Origin: Eledone cirrhosa
Lineage: Eukaryota
NCBI GenBank assembly: GCA_964016885.1
Contig: OZ024741.1
Coordinates: 76,260,001-76,324,000 of the forward strand
Reading direction: 5' to 3'
Length of the DNA stretch: 64,000 nucleotides
In this document: positions 1 to 13,651 of the stretch, one piece after another
How positions within the stretch are numbered: position 1 is the stretch's first letter
How the letters are laid out: each line of letters starts with the position of its first letter
Notes under the pieces: model-generated
The model's input: only the letters and a program-made list of their open reading frames with translations
What the model was told of the DNA's origin: nothing
Databases searched by the model: none
Position numbers and translations under genes: made by a program

Positions 1-97
1 ATAGACATAGAATATTCGAAAATATTCTGTATGTTTATAATAAACATTTTGAAGACCTAATCGCTATAGAATAGAATACGTCACGTATTACAATTAG

Positions 98-186
98 ATT
101 CTCGATAAAAGCAAGGGAAGTAATCTACGCGTTTCATTCTTGTTAGAAATCATCAGGACTACATATCCAGTGCTTTTATCGAGAAT
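98..186 (-). ncRNA. Type I hammerhead ribozyme, unit 1
   Basis: Minus strand reads ATTCTCGATAAAAGCA-CT-GGA-TAT-GTAGTC-CTGATGA-T-TTCT-AACA-AGAA-T-GAAAC-GC-GTA^GATTAC-T-TCC-CT-TGCTTTTATCGAGAAT. Core CUGAUGA/GAAA/GUA, helix I with a 16-bp perfect distal stem, short palindromic helix III (ACGCGU). Predicted cut between 126 and 125. Confidence 0.9.
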
Positions 187-407
187 GACACAGCTAGAGA
201 CTTATAGAATACTTAGCTGTGTACAGGAACTGGTTTGAAAGAGCGGTTGCCGGTCCGGCAGAAATTAGAAATTGGAATAAATGCTCTGAAATAGCGATAT
301 ATATGTGAATATAGACATAGAATATTCGAAAATATTCTGTATGTTTATAATAAACATTTTGAAGACCTAATCGCTATAGAATAGAATACGTCACGTATTA
401 CAATTAG

Positions 408-496
408 ATTCTCGATAAAAGCAAGGGAAGTAATCTACGCGTTTCATTCTTGTTAGAAATCATCAGGACTACATATCCAGTGCTTTTATCGAGAAT
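408..496 (-). ncRNA. Type I hammerhead ribozyme, unit 2
   Basis: Identical copy of 98-186 at +310. Confidence 0.9.
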
Positions 497-717
497 GACA
501 CAGCTAGAGACTTATAGAATACTTAGCTGTGTACAGGAACTGGTTTGAAAGAGCGGTTGCCGGTCCGGCAGAAATTAGAAATTGGAATAAATGCTCTGAA
601 ATAGCGATATATATGTGAATATAGACATAGAATATTCGAAAATATTCTGTATGTTTATAATAAACATTTTGAAGACCTAATCGCTATAGAATAGAATACG
701 TCACGTATTACAATTAG

Positions 718-806
718 ATTCTCGATAAAAGCAAGGGAAGTAATCTACGCGTTTCATTCTTGTTAGAAATCATCAGGACTACATATCCAGTGCTTTTATC
801 GAGAAT
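718..806 (-). ncRNA. Type I hammerhead ribozyme, unit 3
   Basis: Identical copy of 98-186 at +620. Confidence 0.9.
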
Positions 807-988
807 GACACAGCTAGAGACTTATAGAATACTTAGCTGTGTACAGGAACTGGTTTGAAAGAGCGGTTGCCGGTCCGGCAGAAATTAGAAATTGGAATAA
901 ATGCTCTGAAATAGCGATATATATGTGAATATAGACATAGAATATTCGAAAATATTCTGTATGTTTATAATAAACATACAGAATATTT

Positions 989-1430
<442 letters not shown>

Positions 1431-4400
1431 ATCATCATCATCATCAACGTTTAACGTCCGTGTTCCACGCTTGCATGGGTTTAGACGGGGGTAGTCCCAC
1501 TTGAGGCAAGAGTGTTTGTCTTGCTCGCATAGGACTGTCTGGCAGGTTTTCTACAGTTGGATGCCCTTCCTAACGCCAACCACATTTACAGTGTGGAACT
1601 GGGAGGTTTTTACCGTGTTGCCTACACGGCCACATTACAGCGTGGACTGTGTGTTTTTTTGTCGTGACACCTACACGATCTCATTTGTTTCGGCCTGGAT
1701 GGTGTGGCACCAACATAACTTTACATAGAACGGGGTGGTGTGGATGGGGTGGGGGTGGTGGGACGGGGGAGTATTTTGTTAGAGATGCCTACTGGCTGTA
1801 GTAGGTTTTACTATGTATTTAGGTAAGGCGGGTCTTCTCTGTTACTGAGTACCGCCAAAGGTCTCGGTCCAGTGACATTGTCTTGGAGAGGTGTAAGTGT
1901 GTGAGGTCGGAGTTTATCAGCTCGTTCCATGTTTTTCTAGGTCTGCCTATTCCGTGGCTACCGTCTATCTTTATTGCCCTGCACTTTGTTATACAGCTAT
2001 CGACTTTCATGCGCATCACGTGTCCATACCAACGTAGCCTTCTCTTGAGTAAACAACATCTGATCCCTCTTATTTCTAATTTTTTCCTTAGTTCGTTTAT
2101 GCTATGCCGTTCACGTATATTACTGTTACACATCCAGCGGAGCATGCAAGCTTCGTTCCTCTCTATTCCGCGTATATCCTCTGCACACAATGCCCAGGTC
2201 TCACTGCCATGCAACATTGCTGTTCGTATGCAGGCATCGTACAACCTGCCTTTCATTTTTAGGGAGAACCCTTTAGCAGCTAATAGTGGTATAAGCTCTC
2301 TGAACTTTTTCCAACCAGTTTTGACTCTAGCTACTGTACTTTCAGAGCACCCTCCCCCACTGCTGATTTTATCACCCAGGTAACGGAAGCTGTCCACTAT
2401 TTCTATAGAACCCTCTGCGCAATTGAAAGAGCTAGTATTTTGTGGGCACTTGCTGCTACTTATTGCACCAGAGCACCGGCCACATGTAAAATCTATGTTC
2501 TTAGTTAGCTTACCTGTGATCCCACTACATCTTTTATGCACCCATACTTTGCATTTAGGACATAAAATGGAGTTTCTACCTACGCCTTTCCTACACACCG
2601 AACACGACCATTTCCCAGAAGGGACCGCCGCCTTATTTTCTTTCCTACAAACTAGAACTTTAGTCTTAGCCAGGTTAATTTTAAGTCCTTTTGATTCTAG
2701 GCCGTGCTTCCATGTTTGGAATTTCTTCTCTAGCTCGGCCATTGATTCCGCTATGAGTGTCAGGTCGTCTGCGTATAGGAGTTCCCATGGGCAGCCGGTC
2801 TTGAACTCCTCTGTTATAGCCTGAAGGGCAATAATAAATAGTAGGGGGCTGAGAACAGAGCCCTGATGGACGCCAACTTTTACGCTAAACTCTTCACTAT
2901 ATTCGTTGTTAATTCTAACCTTGCTGACTGTTTCTTTATACATGGCTTGTATAGCGCTCACAAGCCATTAGTCAACGCCTAGTTTTCTAAGAGCCCACCA
3001 GATAATGGAGCGGGGGACTCTGTCGAAGGCTTTCTCCAAGTCGACAAAAGCCAAGTAGGGGGGTTTACCTTTAGCTAGGTACTTCTCCTGTAGTTGTCGT
3101 ACAATGAAAAGAGCGTCTGTGGTACTTTTGCCTGACACAAACCCGAACTGCATTTCATCTAGGTCAATTCTCTCTCTGATTAGTTGTGCTATTACTTTTT
3201 CCGTGACCTTCATGACCTGGTCGATTAATTTAATGCCTCTATAGTTACTCCTATCTAGGGCGTCTCCTTTACCCTTATAACAGTTAACGATGATGCTGCT
3301 ATGCCAGTCCTTCGGAACAACCCCATTCTGTACGACTTGGTTAACTATGCGGGTGACCATGGTGTGTCCCACCGTGCCAGATGCCTTCAGCATCTCAGCA
3401 ACTATTTCCGAAGGCCCAGCCGCCTTACCCGTCTTCATATCCTTGATTGCCTTACTTATTATACTCCCCTCGACTAACACTGCTGGTCCCTCTATTGGGT
3501 CGATATGGGGGAGACTGTCTTTCTCCCATTTATTCTCCTCATTTAGTAGCCTTTCATAGTGACACTTCCAAGCTACCTTCTTATCAGCGTCGGTGATGGC
3601 AAGTTTGCCATCATCGTTAAGTACACTCTTCTCCCCGACAATATCACGGTTTTCCTTGACGCATTGCCTAGCAATCCTGAACACCTCACGTTTTTGGTCC
3701 TCGCGTTGTAGAACATGCTTGAACTTTCTTTCCTCAGCTTCCCTTCTTGCTAAGTACACTTGTCTCCTAGCTTCCCTCCTGGCCACTTGATAGTCTTCTC
3801 TACTTCCCCCATCCCGCCATACTTTCCAAGCCTGCTTTTTGGCCTTAATTGACCCCTCCACCTTACTGTTCCACCACCATGTTACTCTCCTCCTGCCTAC
3901 AGGCCTGCTCCAGCCACAGACTTCGTCTGTCGCCATCAGCAGGTTTGCTTTCAGAAATTCCCACTGTCCCTCTATATTGTCCGACTCTAAATGTTCTTCC
4001 TTACTGTCGAAAGCATCAAGTAATATGCTTTGAAATTTATTTCTGGCTGTGGGGTCCTTTAGCTTCCATATTTTTCTCCTGAGGATAGTCCTCTTCTGCT
4101 GTCGAGTACGTCTCGTCCTGACTATGAGGTCGCTAATTATCAGTCTATGTTGGGAGGTGCATTCTTCATGGGGGAGGGATTTAGTGTTTACAACAGACAC
4201 TCTGTCACGTCTTCTGGTAAGGATATAATCTACCTGGCTTGTGTGTTCCCCGGATCTATAGGTGATCAGGTGATTGTCACGTTTTTTGAAGTTAGTGTTA
4301 CAGATAGTTAGGTTATTTGCATCACCGAATTCCAGAATTCTGGAGCCTTCCTCATTTCTAGTACCAAACCCATAGCCTCCATGGATTTCGTCGTAGCCGT

Positions 4401-4847
4401 CACAATGTTGTCCAACGTGACCATTTAGGTCGCCTGCAATAATTATATAGTCACTGTCGGATATTTGGGAGGTAGTTAGCATCAGTGTCTCATAGAATCT
4501 GTCTTTTATAGTGCCGGGCAGTCCGGATTGGGGTGCGTACGCAGATATTACTGTCACCGTAGTTCTATTGAGGACAAGTCGTATTTTAATTATTCTGTCG
4601 TTCACTCTATTTACGTCTATTATCTTATCTGCCCACTTTTCTGTTACCATGATTCCTACTCCACCCAGCCCATCGTCGTTTCCCACCCAGAAAAGCTTAT
4701 AACATCGTTTTTTACCCTCAATGAATCTAGCAGACCCACCCCTCCACCTGGTCTCTTGAATACAACAAACATCGACCTCCTTACGTTCAAGCATTTCTAC
4801 AACCTCGTTAGCGCGACCCTTTAGGGTGCCTACATTTATGGTACCAA
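1431..4847 (-). mobile_element. RTE-clade LINE family A, copy 1; 5'-truncated, single nonsense codon (GAA>TAA at 2968-2970)
   Basis: APE endonuclease (CIQETRW, GDLNGH, DYIL, SQH), RT (DLEKAFD, QGSVLSP, YADD, YLG), RTE C-terminus (RRLRWYGHV..GRPRKTW), (GAT)n tail at 1431-1446; nearly identical to 27413-30667. Confidence 0.95.
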
Positions 4848-5638
<791 letters not shown>

Positions 5639-5694
5639 AAGTTGAAAAAAATGAAAACGAAATTTCATTTCTCGCTCTTAGTATTGCACTTACT

Positions 5695-6218
5695 TAAATG
5701 TAAGTATGTATGTATACGTACATACATATATGTATACAGACGTACAGTAGCATGCATATATATATATATACATACCGGTATTCATACATATATGCACGCA
5801 TCAGTTTAGCGGACGCTTATTATAACGCCGCTTTGTTCGTTTGTCAACAAACTGAACAGCCTGAATTTATGCCATACGGTGTTAAGGCAACCACGTCACC
5901 TTTTTGTTCAACATTGACACAGGAACGATTTAACTCACTCAATATGCAAATTAGGCTCCTCAGCCGTTAATTTTCATAAGGAAAGTATATACTTTCGAAC
6001 GTTCAACTATCTGGCAGATGGGTAAACGGTGCTGATGATAGCTAACAAGCTTGAAACTAGTACATCGTTCCTGTGTCAGTGTTGAACAAAAAGGTGACGT
6101 GGTTGCCTTAACACCGTATGGCATAAATTCAGGCTGTTCAGTTTGTTTACAAACGAACAAAGCGGCGTTATAATAAGCGTCCGCTAAACTGATGCGTGCA
6201 TATATGTATGTGTACCGG

Positions 6219-6286
<68 letters not shown>

Positions 6287-6344
6287 TGCTACTGTACGTC
6301 TGTATACATATATGTATGTACGTATACATACATACTTACATTTA
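5695..6344. mobile_element. Foldback/MITE-like element with about 235-bp inverted arms (5695-5929 / 6064-6344) and a 134-bp spacer
   Basis: Arms are near-perfect reverse complements apart from a few substitutions and an internal (TA)n of different length. Confidence 0.8.
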
Positions 6345-8002
<1,658 letters not shown>

Positions 8003-8148
8003 TACTGCCAGACAGTCCACGCTGTAATGTGGCCGTGTAGGCAACATGGTAATATATATATTTATATATATATATATTTATATATATAAAGTATTAAAAA
8101 AATAATGAATAAAACAATGAAACAGTTCCTTATATTAAACAAAAAAAG

Positions 8149-8301
8149 TTCATTATTTAACGATCGTTTCTAGGACATATATGTGTTAGAATTGGCATGC
8201 ATATTCAACAGATCTATGTACAAAATTATACAAAATTATACAAACTATCATATCCAATATACATACCAACACATACATATGCCGTCTTCAGAAATAATGA
8301 A
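8149..8301 (-). ncRNA. Hammerhead ribozyme with greatly extended helix II
   Basis: Minus: TTCATTATTT-CTGAAGA-[about 114 nt, GGCATATGT/ATATATGTC base stem]-GAAAC-GATC-GTT^AAATAATGAA. Perfect 10-bp helix I; palindromic helix III region AACGATCGTT. Confidence 0.75.
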
Positions 8302-8653
8302 ATATATTTATTGATAATAACGACAATTCAAAATTACAGGTCTGTTTGGGAACAGAGTTCAAATTGACCAATGAAATACACAAAAATATATCAAGAAAAT
8401 ACAGTTAGGTGTGTGTATATATGTAAGTAACTTCGTTCACAGATATGCATAAAAATATATGTTCACATGCATACGCATGTCGAAAAAATGTATGTAAATA
8501 TAAAAATTCAGGGCTAATGTCTCTGTATGTTTATAATCTACTGATAAAATACACATACGTATATAAACATATATACACATTCATATATACACACACATAT
8601 ACATACATTCACACACACACGCGCATATACACATAAACATACACATACCCACG

Positions 8654-8696
<43 letters not shown>

Positions 8697-9320
8697 GTAT
8701 ATATTATTATTATAACTACATGGATATTAAGGCGCACACACAAAAAAACACTGCCACATGCATTTTTACATCTATATGCAGAAGATGGTGAAGGGGGTCA
8801 GTAATTACTAAGGGTGTCAGAGAACTGCCTATTTATAAAATGTATCTATAAATTTAGAAATAAAAAGAAATATATTAAAAAAAATAAACAAATAAAATAT
8901 ATACTCATACATAAAATACACACCGATATACATATATATATATATATATATACATATATATATACATATATATATACACATATATATACATACATATACA
9001 CACGCATACATACATACACATATACATAGAAACACATACACATACATATATAAATACATAGACACACATGCATACACACATATATATATACATATATTCT
9101 CAACACATATATATATATACACATATATGTACACACATATACACACATACATACATATACACATATATGTACACACACACATATATACACACATATATAC
9201 ACACATATATACATATATATACACATACACGCACATATATATACACACACTCACACATATATATATATAGATATATACATACACATAAACATATATACAC
9301 ACACACACACACATATACAT

Positions 9321-9380
<60 letters not shown>

Positions 9381-9889
9381 AAAAAAGTAAATAAATAAAT
9401 ACACACAGTCAGACAATTATGCACACATATATATATATATATACATACACACATCTCTACAAATATATATACACATACACACGCACACATACATATATAC
9501 ATACACACATATATATACATAGACATATATATACACACATATATATACATACATATACATACATATACATATATATACATATATATATATATATATACAA
9601 TCATACACACTTATTTACATGCGCACATATGTATTTTTATACTCACATACAAACACCCAAACATACATATCTACTTACATACACATACATACATCCACGC
9701 TTACAAATACAAATAATTATGGGGGTGGGGTGGGGGAAAGGGGATTAAAATTATTAGTGGGAAATAGTAAATATAGGTTTCAAGGAACATAGAATATTAA
9801 TCTGCATTTAGATCATAATATGTGTTTACATAGTAGTTTCAGTATTAGGAAATGTAAGAAAGAAGGCAAAATTATGCATTTTAATATAA

Positions 9890-10253
9890 GTATACTATTA
9901 ATTATAGGTTAACTAAATTAAAAATAGTTAATATATTGATTTCTAAGGTGTATACTACTTAGGTTTATAATATTTGAAGCGGAATTTTGAAGTTAAACAG
10001 TAGTAGAGTATTAATTATAGCATAACTAAATTAAAAATATTAACATTATGTTATCAATATTAGGAAATGAATTTAGTAATATGGAAAACCAAATCAAGTA
10101 TTTCATCGGTAGTAGAATATAAATTATAGGTTAACTAAATTAAAAATTATATATTAATTTCTATAGTATATGTTAATTATGTTTATAATAATTAAAGCAG
10201 ATTTTGTATTTTATCTATAGTAGAATATAATTATAGGTTAACAAAAATTAAAA

Positions 10254-10309
<56 letters not shown>

Positions 10310-10830
10310 ATTGTAAAGAATATATTAATTAGGTATATATTTAAAAATTTATCTCAGTTTATGATTACATGATATTCTGCAATCTATCTGTATTAGAATT
10401 TTAATTTTAAGCTAATTAAATTAAAATTATAGGTTAACTAAATTAAAATTAATTTATAAATAAATTTCTAAATTGTACATTAATTAGGTTTATAATATTA
10501 AAAAATATTTCTCTGTTATTGATTACACGATATTTTGTTATATTTCATCTGTAAAGGAATTTTAATAAAAGGTTAAATAAACTAAAATTAATCTATAAAT
10601 TAATTTACAAAGTATATATTAATTATGTTAATAATATTTAAAAGTTTTTCACAATTTATGATTACACAATATTTTTTAATCTCATCTGTAGTAGAATTAA
10701 ATTAAATTAAATTTATAGGTTAACTACATTTAAATTAAATTATATATTAATTTCTAAAATATATATTATTAATTAGGTTTATAATATTTAAATGTTTTTC
10801 TCAGTTTATGATTACACGATATAATTAATT
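9890..10830. repeat. Degenerate AT-rich tandem repeat (about 115-160-bp units) in the PLE 3' UTR
   Basis: Anchor gattaca recurs at 10363, 10521, 10660, 10810; ataggttaactaaattaaaa recurs throughout. Confidence 0.75.
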
Positions 10831-11261
10831 CCTGTCGCTTATTTAATAGGATATCCTTAGATTTCATTATTTCAAATAGTTCTTGGGAACATAATCTACA
10901 TTCATTTCTATTATTTTGATAAGGGGTGGCTCACCAACATCAACAACAAAACACACAACATAGTAAAAAAACTAAACATTGAAGATAGAACTGAACCTTT
11001 GGCATTGAAAAGACCACACTTCAACCTGAAGGATCATAAATCAAACTTTAACTCAAATCCTTCTATAAGACTTATATGTCCCTCCAAATCTGATATTGGA
11101 ATAATTAGCAAAAAAATGTTGGATAGAGTCATCCCACAAATAAGAAAACATGTTAATTTACCACTCTGGGAAAACACTTCCCAGGTAATTAACTGGTTTA
11201 AAAATATTAAATGTAAATCTTCTGCTTCATTTCTACAATTTGATATAGATAATTACTATAC

Positions 11262-13024
11262 CTCGTCCCTAAGCTTATGTAGGAGGTATATCCCGACCAG
11301 GTCAGTTGCTTGCGCTGAGTGAACTGGACCCCATCGTGACATCAAAGTTATCAGGACAGTTGGTTCTGGTCCAGTGGGAGCCTTCAAACTGGATAATGGT
11401 TCTACGTGCCGCTAGAACTATGTCTATTTCTTTTTTAGTGAGGCTAGTGTTAGATTTAGCTAAGATGAGTGCCTTATTTAAGAGTATGGGGGAGATAGAG
11501 GCATAGTAACTATCTATGTCAAACTGGATGAACTTCAGGGTCGCTTTATCCGGCAACTCGGTGAACCAATTTATGACATGGTCGGTGTTGCCCCAGAGGC
11601 AGACCTTAGCCTTTCTATTAAGCTCCAGTAGTACTCTGTCGAAGATCACTTTACTAATCTTACCTATATCAGATGTAGAGGAGCATATTAGTCTAATAGA
11701 GGGGCTTTCATTAAAGTTACATTTGTGATCCTTAAGAGAGAATCTAGGCGTCAGAGGGACGTACGGGTTAGTTTACTTTTCTATTTCTAAGCTGGTAACT
11801 ATATCCTTCCCTACTCTATTTATGTCATTTAGGGTACTAGAGGGTGTCTTTTTGTAGTCTTCGTGTAGTTCCTTATAAATTAATTTTTTATACTTACTCG
11901 CGTCCACCTTGTACAGCTTCTTGGTTTTGTCGGAGGTGACGAAGAGGTGCAGGTCATTCTTGATCTTAGTTATTAGTGTATCAAGGGACGTTAAGAATGG
12001 ATTGCTGCATTGGTGTTTCTTTCTGAACTAAACGTTTTTGATCATTTTCAGCAGGTCCTCCTCAAAAGAGTCCAGTAAGGTGTTGTACGGTGGGTTTCGG
12101 TATGTTTTGAAGCCATACCTCTCTTTAGGTTCAGGAAGGTTACGGGTGTTCTTATCCAGGTGGTAGGCCTTCCATCTGACTCTCCGTATAAACGAGTTAG
12201 TAGCGTCTATAAGCAGTTTGAGGTAGGTTTTTCTGCTGGGTAAGGGGATACACATGAGAGACATGGGTAACGGCTGGTTCTCCAACATAATGGCAAATAA
12301 GGTGAGATGCTCTACAAAAGGAGTACGGTAATACAGTATTTACGTATCGAGAAAGAGAAAAAAAGGGAGGATAGGTGATACATATAGTTATTTGCCAAGT
12401 AGCGTATGCCAAAGGTGCTCGATACTAGTGCCGGCAGTATTAGATATTCGAAGTGTTAATATTTAGTGGGCTAGAGAGTTAGCAGAGCGTAAGCACGTGG
12501 GAAAGTAAGAAATCGGAGAATAGACCGTTAAAACGTTTATTTAAAACAGCATCTACGTGCGTTTCGCCCGGTTGGGCTTCTCAAGGGCATAATTAACCAA
12601 AAGTGTTCCTTACATTGCTCGGAAAGAGTTTTTTGGGTTAGGTTCACGTCAAGATTCATTGCTCGCAAAAATAGTGTGTTTGGATTTTGCAGCAGGTCAA
12701 GGGAGGTAACTTTGGCCGGTGTTAGGGCAGTCTTTCCTGGACAAATTTTTTATCCGTTACAAGATGTGGTTACAACCTTACCATTGTCGATACGCACACA
12801 GTGTCATGTAATCAACGCTTATTTCGAGATGTTTGTTTGCCTAGGTCGTTTGAGGCTGGGTCTGGTATGCATGGTTAGTTTCCTGGGTGTTATTTTTTAG
12901 CGAATGCCCGCCGGGGTGTTAAAACTTTTTGTAGGGAGATCCGGTACACGGTTTCACTCGTCATCCTTAACCCATCTGAAGAAGGATATTTTTAAGCGAT
13001 GTGTACAACTTATCGCTGTTTCAT
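11262..13024 (-). mobile_element. Penelope-like element family 2, 5' half (pLTR plus N-terminal/RT ORF), pseudogenised
   Basis: ORF pieces FIRRVRWKA..YGFKT, SDKT..LY, LKDHK, QFDIDSYY, FDVTMGS; stops TAG (12028) and TAA (about 11773) and a 1-nt frameshift near 11320; variant hammerhead plus AATAAA upstream of the ORF. Confidence 0.9.
12551..12590 (-). ncRNA. Variant small hammerhead (U3:A8 core)
   Basis: Minus: ATGCCC-TTGAGAA-GCCC-AACC-GGGC-GAAAC-GCAC-GTA^GAT, followed by AATAAA (12536-12541). Helix I is weak. Confidence 0.6.
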
Positions 13025-13033
13025 ATTTATATA

Positions 13034-13129
<96 letters not shown>

Positions 13130-13584
13130 CACATATATATATATTGAGTTAAGAACTCAGGGTAGTCCCTTACAATTAAATAGTTCTAAGAAAAAAGCTT
13201 TTCCGAGCCGTACAATATAATTGAATAAACAAGAGAGATGAACACTTAACTGTTTGGCCAGGCTATTATAGATTCAGTTATTCATTCAATTTAATATATT
13301 ATCAAATGTTACTACCACACCCATGGTTACTCTAGTTTATTGTGTGATATATATATCATCATCATCGATTAACATCTATCTTCCAATTGTATATATGTAT
13401 ATATATATACAATTCAATATCATTCATGACATCATTGTTGACGTGTTACCATTAAATAGTATACACACTTATGTCATTCAAGTCATTCAAGTTCTCAATA
13501 TCTCAGATAGTGACATAAACATCAAATACATGTGGGTGTGTATTTGTATACAAATATATATATAAATATATATATTTACATACA

Positions 13585-13643
<59 letters not shown>

Positions 13644-13651
13644 TATATATA

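Larger units (their letters stand above)
1..977. repeat. 310-bp tandem array, at least 3.15 apparently identical units (starts 1, 311, 621, 931), continuing off the window start; retrozyme-like
   Basis: Unit atagacatagaatattcg...atatgtgaat recurs with period 310; each full unit holds a hammerhead on the minus strand. Confidence 0.97.
8090..11261 (-). mobile_element. Penelope-like element family 1: 3' UTR/pLTR plus ORF C-terminus, with an inverted RT-upstream fragment (10930-11261, + strand)
   Basis: Minus about 10930-10790 translates ATPYQNNRNECRLCSQELFEIMKSKDILLNKRQELIISCNHKLRKNI*, matching the C-terminus of 23326-25647 (CKLC..LLN..CRH). Plus 10930-11261 gives LKDHK..IRLICPSKSDIG..QFDIDNYY. 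Hammerhead at 8149-8301. Confidence 0.8.

Noticed and set aside
1-977. CRISPR array or tRNA/5S cluster interpretation
   Set aside because: Units are identical without spacers, and no cloverleaf or 5S similarity was seen.
1883-4824. Short antisense ORFs recurring in the RTE and Tx1 copies
   Set aside because: Shadows of the coding strand, repeated only because the elements are repeated.
11262-12288. Selenocysteine readthrough in PLE family 2
   Set aside because: The in-frame stops are TAG and TAA, not TGA; the TGA at 11302 results from a frameshift.
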